DNA from: Bilabrum cf. latius
Taxonomy: Eukaryota
Direction of reading: 5' to 3'
Assembly (NCBI GenBank): GCA_965178125.1
Contig: OZ237735.1
Coordinates: 806,001 to 870,000, forward strand
Length of the DNA: 64,000 bases
Shown in pieces: positions 40,001 through 52,600 of the stretch; position 1 is the stretch's first letter, and the number at the start of each line of letters is the position of its first letter. The position numbers and the translations under genes are program-made. The notes under the pieces are model-generated. The model was not told where the DNA came from, did not search any database, and saw only the letters and a list, made by a program, of their open reading frames with translations.

Positions 40001-43000
40001 AGAGTATAGTTCTGGTGGAGAACAAACATGTAGACCTCACCGGAAGCCTCGCCATTCATACTTGAGGCTGGAGCTCCGACTAGAATCTAGGGTTGTCGCA
40101 CTTCCCTGTCTCGAACAACTGCAATTGACGCGCCAATCTCACCCCCGACAACCCAAGTTGGCATGATATCCTCATCAACTACCACAATCCGTGATACCGT
40201 TCCGTTGGGTTTCTGCACAACCGTGGCAAACGCCCCAAACGGAACCGTGTCCACCAGCGCACCAGCCCAGGGAAGGCCAACGCAGAGGACACTGGCGTGT
40301 GCATCCATGTTGAACACCCCTAAATGTGCTATGCCACCCCCTCCAAACGACAAGTTTGCACCGTTTAGTGTCGAGAAGCTGTCAAACATATCACCGAGAA
40401 CACGTCGATTGGTGACCAGATCATCGTTTCGCAGGCGGGGTGGGGCTCTGGGAGTCACCTCCAATGCATCAATAGAGAGACGCCAAATGCTTCCTCGGTT
40501 GAGGCCCGTTGCACCTTCCTATCCACCGATAATCAAAGCAGGTCTACTATCGCCATCAAGGTCCACCCATGATGCGGCGCTGCGACCAAAGAATCGAACA
40601 GCGTCATACGACAGCCCCACAGTAGCGGCCTCTGGAACAAGCCGCTTAAAGTCCTTTACCTGCATCGTTTCGCCTACCGCCCTAAAAAATAGAATCCAAA
40701 CAGCCCCACGAGGCTAAGAGTTGAAAGTGTAGCGGGGCGACCCGACTGCAACGTCCGGCACGCGATCGTCATCAATGTCACCAAGTGCTGTGAGACTGCT
40801 GCCGAACCTTGCATCCACCCCGAGGCTGCCCGTGAAATCGCCACTATTCTCAAGCACACGAGTCCAATTTTCAGCGCGTAACTCCCTCGAAATCCCAATA
40901 GTGTAGATCGCACCTTGATCGGTAGCTCCTTGATCAAGCCGAGAAGCCCCTACCACAAGGTACAAGAATCCAGTTGAGCTCGTAGCAGGCCTACCAATAT
41001 CCGTGATCGCTGATCCGAACTTGGCCATACCTCCAATACCAGCCTCCAATCCTGAGAAGCCTCGAGTGAATACCTAATCTCGCGCCACAGTGCCATTCTA
41101 ATGAAGCCACAAAGCTACTACGGAGCCAGCTGGAGCACCGGTACTGCTTCGTCCGCTCTCCATGCCGACCAACAGTTCTCCTACCCCATCTTCATCCAGG
41201 TCAAGAAAGTGCATGGCAATACCGAACCGCGCGTTCGCCCGTTGTCCAACTGAGAGACCTGCATAGGACGATATGAGTGCCTCGCCCTTGACCGTTCCGT
41301 TCGAACGCAGCATAAGGAGGACGACCACGCCTGCGTTCGAGTGTCCGCCGCTTGTGGCGCCAGGTGCACCCACGGCTATATCCGGCACCCCGTCCAAATC
41401 TACGTCGTGAATCCGGCAAATACTCTCACCGAACCTAGCCCCAGTCCCCAGCTAGGCCTGCATGCCCCCGGTAGACTGGGAGATTTCAGTGTGATAACTC
41501 ACGGTACCAGTGAATGGACGCAAGAATAGAACATAAACACTCCCCCCTCCAGGAGAAGCTGGCGCACCAACGGCAAGGTCGGTCTATCTGTCGCCGGATA
41601 TGTCGCCAACTACGCAAACTGCCGTGCCAAACTCATCTGATTCCTCCAACTGCGCGGTTAGCCCTCCCACCCCTTCGGATATTTGCATAGTATCCAAAAC
41701 ATTACCAGGAACCCGCCCAGTCTCCACAACGGTTTGTTCCCTAGGAGGAGACCAAGGTACTACGTCGGAAGTGAGGATGCTCATGGCTGTAATGGTGCCG
41801 GATAAATGCTGCTCTCCTCTAACAGAATCGGTGCTGCTAGCCAGCAGGGACGCGATGCTTCCACCTTGTCTGTTGCCTGGCAAAACAGTTAGCCTCGCTG
41901 CAAATCGTCCGTTTGCAGGTAGCCTTTCCAAGCTTGACCCCGCAGCTGAGCATTCAGTTGTGCACGGGCCGATATCGGCAACTGCAAGCAAGCCCGTCGA
42001 CCTATCGGCATACGGCGGAACGCGCGCGAGGGCCCGCACTTGCAGTGCAGCGTCCATTTCAACAACGAACATAGCCTACTACTCGGGCGCTGCGATCGAG
42101 AGAGTCGATGTATTGTCTGTCGAACTGCGCCCTAGGCTCACAACAGCTTGTCCGAACAGTATTGCATCGCTCAAAGAAGTCTTGTAGATGCCAATATCAG
42201 CAGGGATCAGCTGAGTTGCATTCACCACGAAGCTCGTCGAGGCGTCAAGAATGAGAATCCAAATCGCCCCGGTGTCGGCACCAGCAAATGCTGTCATAGG
42301 CTGGCCTACGATGAGATCTCCCACACCATCCCAATCGACGTCGCACGCTGCTACCGAGTAGCCAAACTTCGCACCGGCCTCCAGCACCGGAACACCAGCG
42401 ACTCCTGATCCGATCTCAACAGCATCCAGGGCCCAGCCGGATTCGTGTAGTGTGACAATGATGACCGCTCCGGTAGATGCACCACCAGACGCCCGTCCGG
42501 GAGCTCCCAGCGCGACTTTCACACTGTCCTATGCAAAGCTAAGCACGGCTGCATCAAAACCAATGAGATCGCCGTTTTCCAATACTATATCGGCGGTCCC
42601 TTCCACATCGATCTCTCTTAAAGCCATTGCTGATCCGTTTCTTCTGACAACTATCCAGTAGGCCTCACCTGGCCCACGCCCAGGTGCCGTCACAAGTACG
42701 TTGCGGGACTCTACCCCGCCATCTGCAAAGACATCCAAAGCAATAGAAACTTTTCCAAACTTGTCACTCGGAATCATTTCAGAGGACTCTGCATTTGCTA
42801 GGACGTTGACGGTAGATGCTTGTGCAACGCGGCCGTCGCGCCGCTAGTCAAGCCAGGCGAGGCTTCCAGGGGGGTAGCTAGAGCCGAGACACCCTACCAG
42901 CACCACCGAAGTACCGTCGTTATCGAATCCCGGAATCGAGCCAACGCAAAGACCAAACTGATCTATCGCATCAAATTCGTAGGAATATAGCTTGCCGATA

Positions 43001-46000
43001 CCCGGTGTGGATGCAGCTGTGGCGAGAAGGTCTCCGTCCTAGTTGCTTGGCGACACACCTGCCAGTTCAAGGACATGCACCGTCCCGACAGTTCCGTCGC
43101 TGGCGAGGCACTAGGGACAGCCAACTGCGACTCTTGCATGTCCTAAAGATGTGGGCGACAATGGCTCGAATGCAACACCAAACAGACCAGTTCCCATCGT
43201 GCCGCCAAGAACGAAAGGCTCACTGGCTGCAGTGAGCGTCGTCGCGTGGAGGCAAGACCCATCGTCACGAAGAAGCAGAACAAACATGGCACCTAGTTCA
43301 GATCCATCAATTATATACTTGTGGCCACCTACGAAGAGGTCGTCAGTCCCATCACCGTTCAGGTCTGGCGTGAACTCCACTGCGACGCCGAACCGAGCTC
43401 CAACAGGCAAGAACCCGTCCGGCAATCCACCTCTGCCGTTTGCAATTACCTGTAGCTCGGACACGGTTTCGTTTTCATGAAGTGTGAAGACTGTGACGGC
43501 ACCGAGGTTTGATGTGGTAATTTCGCCAGACTCTTCGCTCACATGGCTTCCTGAAGCCATTCGAAGGCTGTGCGGGCTTTGGCGAGGCTACACCTGGCCC
43601 ATGGGTCGGAGAAGTGCCGACAATGACACCCCCCAGCTCGAAACTGGCATGTCGGCAAGCCCTGCAAGCCCATGCGTCTGCCGGGTCAGCCATACATTTC
43701 GCCTTGCAGTATCGTCTTTCTCAAGGTAAACCAACAGTATTCCACCATTGGGGGACTTTCCGCGAGCTCCAACCGCAATATCGACAAGTCCATCACCGTC
43801 CAAATCACCTAGGGATTGCACGTTAAACCCCCCGAAATCCCCAGGGCTAAACGCACCGCTTAGTGAAGTCTGCTGGCTTAGCCCGACAGCCCCCCGCAGA
43901 GTTCCGTTCTAGCCTAGACGAAGGATCCACACAGCTCCAGAGTCAGACGGTGCCGTCAACGGCGCCCCGACGACAAGTCGTTGCAAGTGGGGCTGGTCTC
44001 CACGAGGCTGCCAAAAGCTTGATAGCCCGTTTCCAAAGTGCGCAGGACTAGTCGAGGCTGTGGATGGGATTGGAATTTTGTGGCCGCCAAGCAGCTTCCC
44101 GCTGCCCGACACGCGCAAGATATGCACTGCGCCTCTGCCTGTATGTGGGCCCTGGCTTGCAGTCTTGGCACCTACTGCTACGAGATCAGCTCCGTCTGCG
44201 GTGACACCTAGTCTATGTATCGCAGACCCAAAGTACGAGGCGGACTCTTGCCACAACTGGCTGCTGGCCAAGAGATGGATCCCATCTGAAATATTCGAGT
44301 CTAGTGTCCTGCGGATGAGCCGCGCGACACCAAAGCCCCCTTTTCCGACCATACCCGACCCACTCACCTCTCGCGGGAACCCCAAGAGAATGCGGGGATA
44401 GTCCGACTAGGAGTCGGTGCCTGAACTAGATCGTGCTGGCGACCCACTCATAGATTCACCCAGCATCATGAAGGGAGCCGGGGCCGCGTATCCATTCGAG
44501 GCGAACGTTGCTGGGTTCAGCAGAAGAGTGTCCCTTACTCGGCCAGAGGCTTGCATGAATAGCAGCCACACCACTCCACACTGCGCAAATTGATTCGTGC
44601 CTACAGTAGAAAGGCAGCTCGACCCTGGTGCCCCTACAGCAATGTCTCCAATCTCGTCCGTTGCATCAACGGGGCCAAGCCAAGCGAATGAGTGGCCAAA
44701 CATGTCACCAGGGCGCAAATGGTGATTAAAGCCACCCACCCCATCCGATGCAATTGCATTTCGTGCGAAACTGCTGCCGTTCGATCGCATGAATACAGTC
44801 CAGGCTGCGCCAGAGTCGGCTTCCATGTTTGCAGTCATTGGGGATCCCAGCAGCAGCTCATCGCGACCGTCGCCGTCCAAATCCTTGGATACCCCAATTG
44901 ATAAGCCCCATCTTATGCTCTGCAACAAGGAGCCGTCACTATGTGTAGGGTACATCACCACAGGTCGGAGCAGCACACCACTCGCTGCTATCCACAGCAA
45001 AGCTACACCACCTGATGCAGGCCCATCTCCCTACGTGCAGCTACCACATCCGATCGCTAGTTCAAGCAACCCATCGCCATCAATGTCGAGTGCCGCCATT
45101 GACGCTCCCCATTGACCCCCACTTGTCTAAAACGGCAAGTCTGCTGTCTCAGCTTCGTGTCTGATGGTTCGATTCGAGTGGAGCAACATCACAAACACAG
45201 AGCCGCTGCCGTTGATCCCTCTGCGTGGAGCGGAAGCTGCCGCATCTGGAATCCCATCTCCATCCACATCACCAACACCAGCAACCGCTGAGCCGTATCC
45301 ATCCGCAGAGTTCAAGACAGTCGCCCCGCTGAACCCTGTTCTGACATCTGTTGTGTCCCGAATGCTTCCATTCTGAAAGAGCTGCACGGCATACACCGCA
45401 CCCGGGGAAACAGAGCTGTTCGGGTTCGGCGCCCCGACAATAAGAACATCTAGACCGTCATCATCGTAGGCAAGCACACCCATAGCTAGCCCATAGCCAG
45501 CGCCGTCATCAAGTAATTCTGGGGCTGAAGCCGTGACCATCGCTTCAACGCTCCCAACAGGCCGCATCGAGCCAGTGCCGTTCATGCACGCCAAAACTAC
45601 TGCGCCCCCGCTTGTTGCACCATCTGGCTTGGCAAATGGGAGACCTATGGCTAGATCAGCAATTGCGTCCTCGTTAATACTATCTAGGCGGACTAGTGCT
45701 GACCCGATGCCAGTGCCTGCCGGATTTGACCCTCCGGTGAAGAAGGACCTTACCGCGTTGGCGATGTTAATGTGGCCCTCGATCGTGCCATCCGCCTGGA
45801 GCAGCAAGACAAACAGCGAGCCCCCACTTGACTCATGACCAGGAACTGACACAGCTAGATCTAGCACCCCATTTCCGTCGTAGTCAGGCAGGGCAAGCAC
45901 CGTAGTGCCTATTGCGAGATTGGAGACTATGGGTATACTCGGCATGCCCGGAGTGTCTACCCTGTAGTCCTTCCCGTCCACAATACTCCCGGAAGCATCC

Positions 46001-47049
46001 AATGCTAATATTTGAAACGATCCAGCTTCTACTGCGCTGGGTGCCGCAGTCTCCTGTGCCCCGACAAGGAGAACTTGCACTATCCCTGTGTCGGTACCGG
46101 AGCCTGCCCGTATCGAGGCCTGCTGCAGAGCGGCTGCCACGGGGCGGTCTTCCAAGCTCCGTGGGTGCACCTGACTAGACAACCTCCAGTCGCACGGACC
46201 AAAGCATGACACAGATCTGCCGAATCGCCTGATGGGATACGCTGTTGTGCCAAAGTGACCCTACACCTAAGTCTTGCCTAATCGAACGTGGCTGACCACC
46301 TCGTCCGTGTCCGGATCCAGGCGCAGCACGAAGACAGCGCCAAACTAAGCAGGGCCATCATCCGACGCATCGAATGCAGCGCCAACTGCTAGCATTGGGC
46401 TGCTACTGCCTGGGTTGTACCCCAGACTGGCCATGCTGGCGCCAAAAAACCCCCCTGTCCGGATGAATGGGGACAACGAGCCTCCCGACATACTACTAAT
46501 CTTTATCTCCGACGACAAAGTGAAATTGCTAGTCACACGCAAAATATGAACTTGACCTGTGTTTGGGCCTCCAGCATTGCCCCGTGGACATCCTACTGCA
46601 AGGCGGCGGAGATGGGGCTGTCTGACAGCATCAGCGTCCGAGGCGAGCCGCAGGCCGGACTTGTTGCGAGGTTCCGGCCAACTACTCGGCTATACTGCCC
46701 ACGAGGTCAGGCTGCGTCCGCATTCAAAGCCTGTCATAGAGTTGCCGCGACTAAAATCTACGCCTGCGAGAACACTCCGGCGGTGTGCCGACAGCACGGC
46801 ACCACCAAAGCCTGAGCTAACAAACCTAACGCCCCCAGCTGAACTGGATGGCCCTGGGGCACCGATTGCTAGGTCTAGATACGAGTCTCCATTGATATCG
46901 CCGAGGGAAGCGACATCAAAGCCAAACATTTCTCCGGCTGTTGGACTAGTATCGCTTACCACGTTTCCAGAGCCGATCGAAACAGCATCAGCCGCATCCG
47001 TTGTATAAAGGAGCGAGATCACAATGAAGGCTAATACTATTTGTAACAT
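25003..47049 (-). CDS. Giant (~7,350 aa) surface protein: signal peptide, dozens of FG-GAP/integrin-alpha propeller repeats, Cys-rich segment, multi-pass TM C-terminus; apparently one exon with many in-frame TAG
   Basis: More than 35 minus-strand ORFs from 46690..47088 down to 25003..25320 share one frame. All ORF ends and gaps I checked (not every gap) have TAG only. N-terminus MLQIVLAFIVISLLYTTDA. Repeats such as FGFDVASLGDINGDSYLDLAIGAPG, FGSSLTALGDIDDDRVPDVAVGSP and FGQAIAVHDLDGDGILDAIVGAPG. Cys-rich CGPGYKQGSPACSLCEDGRY..CELCP, then several hydrophobic helices. Ends TGA at 25003-25005. Confidence 0.85.
31450..46950 (-). repeat. Protein-level tandem FG-GAP (integrin alpha beta-propeller) repeat array within the giant gene
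   Basis: Recurring FG-x-S/A-V...D-x-D/N-G-D-G-x-x-D/E-L-x-V-G-A-P...G-A-V-x-V/I units. Diverged, with no obvious nucleotide-level tandem identity. Confidence 0.85.
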
Positions 47050-47381
47050 GCCAGGGGATAACACGCGTCGCACGGCACCGAAGTTCACGTTGTCTGTATC
47101 AGATCGCCATGAATATGCGGTGCTCTAGAACGCAACGTTCTGACTGAACTTCAATACAAAGTTTGGACAATGATATATTGGAATTCAGGTTCTGGGTGAT
47201 TCTTGCTGAACTATGATGATTGGTTCTGTACTTCGCTGTGGTGCGAGAAAATTCCGGTTTGTCTTCATCCTCTCCAACTTGGCTTGCCAAGAGTTGCAGC
47301 CGCTGGTGCTCTTAGCATCGAAGCAGCTCGCAAAGACAAGCAATTTTCAAGGTCCATACCACTATTGTAGACCCAGGTTCC

Positions 47382-50300
47382 TCACAGCTTGTCGTAGTAG
47401 TTCTCCAGAGGCGGGGGCTGGGGCTTGTCGCCCTTGCGCACGCGGATCTCTGAGATGATCTCGTTGAGCTGGCTGCCCTCCTTGAAGGCATCACCGACCA
47501 TGGGCTCGTAGTGGCTGAATGAGCACTGAGGGAAACCCTTGCCGCCAGTGTTGGAGCGCACCTCCCCGGCGAATCCGAACGACTCGGCCACGGGCAGGTT
47601 GCACTTGAGGATCTTGATGGGGGTGCCCTCCTTGTCGATCTCCTCGTTCACCACACCGCGCTTGTTGGCGATCAGGGTGTAGATGGGACCCACCAGCATG
47701 GAGGGCACGGAGATCTCTGCCAGGTAGATTGGCTCCATGAGCGTGGGGGAAGCCGTGTACATGGCGGCGAAGCACACGCGGCGGCACGTGGGCATGATCT
47801 GGCCCTGGCCACGATGGATGGAATCAGAGTGCAGGGTCGCATCGTACAGACGGAACACGGCGCCGCGCACTGGCTCCGAGGCGAGGGGCCCGGCGAGGGT
47901 GGCCCACTGGAATCCGGCCATGACGCCGTCCTTGATCTCGTTCAGGTACTGCACGGCCTTGGAGGCATCGATCATCAGGTTGGCGCCCCTGTTCTCAGGG
48001 CCGAAGCCCCACAGCCTCTTGCCGTCCACCTCCTCGGCGGTGAAACCGTTCTCGGGGAACTCCTCGCGGATGTACTTGCCGCGCGCCTTCACGTCGCGGG
48101 TGGTGGTCTCCACCTTGCCGTTCTCGATAGCCACGGACAGGTCGTTGGTCATGGGCTTGCACTTCACGTACAGCCTGTTGTGCTTGTTGGCGGACTTGCT
48201 CAGGCACATCATGGAGGACTCCTCGGTGATGGTCTCGCAGTACGACACGATGGGGTCCTTCTCGATCAAAGGCACGGTCCCGCCCAGGAAATCGTCGCGC
48301 AGGTCCTTGATGCAGATCTCCAGATGCAGCTCACCGGCGCCGGCGATCACTGCCTCGCCCTCCTCCTGCTTGATGACCACGAGGGGGTCCGACTTGGCCA
48401 GGCGCTTGAGGCCCTCCACCAGCTTGGGGAGGTCCGAGGGGTTCTTGGGCACGACAGCCTTGCGCACCACGGGGGACACGGAGTACTTCATCTGCTTGAT
48501 GTTGTGCGCGCCCACAAAGGTGGAGATGGTGCCCGACTTGATCAGGTACTGGTCCACGCCCACGAGACCGCAGGTGTTACCGGCGGGGACGTCAGCCACG
48601 GCCTCGGTCATGCCGCCCATCATGATGAGGGTCCTCTGGATGCTCTTCTCCCAGAGGTCGTCCTTCTTGCCCGGGGTGTAGTTAGGGCCCATGATGCGCA
48701 CCTTCTGGCCGGTGGCGATGCGGCCGGAGAACACGCGGCCGAAGGCGTAGAAGCGCCCGCCCTTGTCCGAGGTAGGCACCATCTTGGACACGTACATCAT
48801 CAGGGGACCCTCGGGGTCGCAGTTCCTCATGGCGATGGCGGCCTCGTCGTCGGCGGGGCCCTCGTACAGGTCGGCCACACGGTACTTCTGGGCGCGGCGG
48901 GGGGAGGGGAGGTGCATCACGATCATCTCCAGCACGGCATCACCGGCGGGGAGCCACTTCTGCATGATGCGCTTGAGAAGCACCTTGTCGCGGAGGTCCT
49001 TCTCGTCGGACTTGAGCTTGACACCGATGCCCTTGAGCATCTTCTCCACCATGTCGGTCTTGTTGGTCAGCACGGCGTTGGCCAGCTGGTAGATGGGGTC
49101 CAGGATGAACTGCACGAAGGCGCGCTTGGCCTCGCCCTCACGGATGAGCTTGTCGGACTTCTTCCAGGAAGTCTTCTTCTTGCCGGTCTTGGGGTCCTTG
49201 GTCTTGACCATGCACCACGAGCCCCACAGGCGCTGGCGCATCTTGTACCGGGTGGTCGAGAACTTGGTCGAGTAGATCTTGGCGAACTGCTTGAGGGTGA
49301 AGCCCCAAGCCTGAAGGCCGGATCCGAAGGCCACGGTGCCGGCCTCGGGCTCCACCATGACAGTGCCCAGAGAGGCCTTGGTGCGGTCGTCGGCGTACGT
49401 GGAGATGACCACGTTCACGTTCTCGATGGCCTGGCGCAGCTTGAGGTAGGCCTCCTCGGGCTCGGTCTTGAGCTCGAGGACCATGCGGTCCAGCTTGTTG
49501 ATCATCAGCACCGGCTTGATGCGCTCCTGCAGGGCCTGCTGCAGCACGGTCTCGGTCTGCACGCACACGCCGGACACGCAGTCCACCACCACGAGGGCGC
49601 CATCGGTCACGCGAAGGGCAGCAGTCACCTCGGACGAGAAATCGACGTGGCCGGGGGAGTCGATGAGGTTGATCAGGAAAGACTTCTCCGAGATCATGAC
49701 GCCGTCGCCAATCTTCTCAACTTCCTCCTCCTCCTCCGCGGCGGCAGCACCGCCCTCGGCGGCCTTCTTCTCCTCCTCGGTGGGGCCCTTGCCAGCCTTC
49801 TCGGCGGCGGCCTTGGCCTCTGCCTCGTCCTCGGCGTCCAGAGAGCGCTCCAGGGCCAGGTCGTACTCGAAATACATGGAGACACCGGTCGACTTGATGG
49901 TGATGCACCGCTCCTGCTCATCAGCGCGGGTGTCGGTGAAGCGAGCCTCGCCAGCCTTGGAAGCGGCGATAATGCCGGCCTTCGACACCAGGGAATCCGT
50001 AAGGGTAGACTTGCCGTGATCCACATGAGCAATCACAGACATGTTACGGATGTTGTTGGTGTAGTCCATGATGGACCTGCGAGCAAGCAAAATGGATTCA
50101 ATTGAGGAAAGAGTGTTGAGTGATCACGCCGGCCGCCATGGAGTGCAGGCGATAGCAACTCGACGACAGTCGAGACTGCAGAGCAAGGCGTAGTTTTGAA
50201 TCTTAACCACACGATAGCCATGCACGTGGCGACGATGGTCGCGCTCTTGTCGATTGCTGTGGGCCAATAAGGATGTGTACCCTGCTCAGAGCACGAGTGA

Positions 50301-50562
50301 CCTTTTCTCGACAGAATGTGCGCTTAGTTGCTCACCGCAGCTGGTCTGTTGTGAAGTTCGGCTGCGATATTGAGTAGTTCATGAGTTTCATGAGAATTTG
50401 CAGTGGGTTGGGCATACAGATCCCTTGTAAAGTCGCTGCATCTTGTTCCCGAAGCTTGGCCTTGGTACACTGCAACACGCACTACCTTGGCAATGCAGCC
50501 AACCGCCATTAGTACTACTGCAACATTCATTTCATTGGTATGCTCGCGAGCAGACTTACCAT
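47382..50562 (-). CDS. EEF2: Eukaryotic translation elongation factor 2; exons 50560-50562 (ATG only), 50336-50361, 47382-50076
   Basis: Spliced N-terminus [61 protein letters not shown], diphthamide loop [13 protein letters not shown]-terminus ENYYDKL-TGA. No in-frame TAG. Third positions almost all G/C. Confidence 0.97.
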
Positions 50563-50710
50563 ATCGAACCCTGCTGAAGAAGCAACTGGAGGTGGCTCGG
50601 ACCGCGAGATTGGAGCACCAAAACTGAAACTCTCCTGAATAAACGAATTGGAACGCAACAATAGCCGGCCTGCATTTTTTCGTTTTCGCTCACTGCGGCG
50701 GCGGAGAGCC

Positions 50711-52576
50711 ATGCGTCGAGCGTTGCTCATGGTGATTTCTTGTTTTGTTTTGATACTCAGCTGCCACGTGCCTGATAGGGCCGCTCAGTTTCCGACAGTA
50801 GCAACTGTACAGTTCTCACCTGCACGGTGCAACTGCACAGCTGCAGAAACCATTTCTCGGAACCTGCTCGAAATCACCGGTCTCATTTGGCAAAACCTTG
50901 TTAGTCCTTCCGTTCACGTGATTGTGCTACCAGAATACGGCCTGATAGGAGGGGACGCAATTGCAAATCGGTCGGATGCAGAGAGGTTTTCAATGTAGCT
51001 TCCGGCTGTTGGGCAGCACGTACCGCAACATGAGTAGTCTTGTAGCGAGACAAAGATTGGTGCTCTTTGCAACTTAGGACGTCTGGCCGCGAAATATGAT
51101 AGTGTCGTGGTCGTTCAGCTTGTCGAACGAGTGGCCTAGTCGAACGGCACTTCTCGCATTTACAGCACATAGATGGCAGTAAGCGCATCGGGACAGGTTC
51201 TTGCCAAGTACAGAAAGTATCATCTGTATGGAGCTGAATCGTTTTATTTTGACGAGCCCGATCCAGAAGCAACTGAGTTGCGAATTCCGGTTGGCAAGGC
51301 GTCAGAGGCATTCGCTGGTTTGCAGATTTGCTTTGACCTCATGTTTCCTCGCCCGCGTGACTGGTACTTTGATAAACTCAGCATGGACTACGCGCTGACT
51401 AGTTCAGAACCACAACGGGTCGAACCGGGCCAGGTTAGCACGCTCTTGTTCAGCTCGTGGTGGGTCAACAGGCCTCCCCTGCTCACCGCCGTGCAGGTGC
51501 AGAGCGGCGCGGCGCGAGGGCTTGGTGTAGCATTAATCGCTGCGAATACGGGTGCAGGCCCATAGTATCAGGGCAGCGGAATCTATGCCCCTTCTGGTCC
51601 TGGTCTATGCACACCAAGGGCGGCAGCTGCGCTCCCCGGATCCGGATACGCCGAACGTTCGGTGAGTCGGTTCGATGCAGGTGGGCCGGCCTCGTTCGTC
51701 CTGTCTACGGAGGTACCGCTGGCTGCGGGAGCAAGCATCCCAGATTCCGGCTCGCTTGGCCAACATAGCGGCCGGGCAGGCTCCGAGCTGGGCTGCAGCT
51801 CGCCGGCGGAGGCATGCTTATGCTTGGCTGGCTCCGTCCCGCGCACCCCGCTGGCACGCTCGACAGCTTGTGGCCCCCACCTTCGAGTTAACCTCAGCTC
51901 GGTGTTTCAGTCTATGCAAGGGGAAGCTGCTCTTTGGCACAGGGCCGAAGGGGGGATGGATAGGTGCAGCAGTATCGAGGTGGCTGGGCTGGGCTCATCT
52001 GCGCCTTCATTGCAAAGCCTACCAGATCGCGCGGCCATGTCTTGCAACGTGTCTGGGATCATTTAGGCCAATGTGTCTTGGAATGCAAGCGCTCTTGTTG
52101 CGTTCAGGCTCGACGGGTACTACAACAGCTTCTTCAATGCTAGCCTGTGCGGTATCGTGGCGTGCTCCCCATCCTCGGCACCGTCACCTGGTGCCGAGGC
52201 TTCTTTTGAGGATGATGGAGATATTGGTTGGGTGACCGAGTGCCTGGATCCGCTGGCGGATCCAGCAGGAGCAGGGTCGTTCGACTGGTACCTGGGTGCC
52301 CCCCTTGAGGATGTCCGAGTGCAGTCGGTGCTGCCGAGGGGACAGGTGCCCTGGCCCCAGGGGGCATGGAGCGGGGGCAGTGCGATGCTCGACGATGATG
52401 TGCGGTGGGACGTGTCCAAGCACTATAATAGCGACGCGCTGAAGTTCTCGGAGATGCATGCTGCCCCAAATGTAAATGTGAGTGATTCCAACGCGACTAT
52501 GGCGAGCGGGGCAGGGGTGGGCCGACAGGTGCAGGCAGTCGTGATGCTTGGTATGGAAAGCGCGCTTGATTTGTGA
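50711..52576 (+). CDS. Secreted carbon-nitrogen hydrolase, vanin/biotinidase (pantetheinase)-like; 6 in-frame TAG
   Basis: Signal peptide MRRALLMVISCFVLILSC. Catalytic triad motifs VLPEYGL (Glu), YRKYHLY (Lys) and ICFDLMF (Cys), plus AAN...GSGIY. ORFs 50648, 51173, 51662 and 52073 share one frame. Ends TGA. Confidence 0.85.
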
Positions 52577-52600
52577 TTGAAATTTCCACTTGAACATGCT

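Noticed and set aside
25003-47049. Bacterial contaminant or horizontally acquired island of FG-GAP genes
   Set aside because: It is one frame using the same TAG code as the flanking intron-containing genes and ends in a multi-TM domain. No mobility genes or terminal repeats are seen.
47050-47381. ATGATGA (C-box-like) near 47213 in the gap downstream of eEF2
   Set aside because: No suitably placed D box or terminal stem, and it is antisense to both flanking genes.
47814-50105. 763 aa plus-strand ORF
   Set aside because: Antisense shadow of eEF2 caused by extreme third-position GC bias; no recognisable protein.
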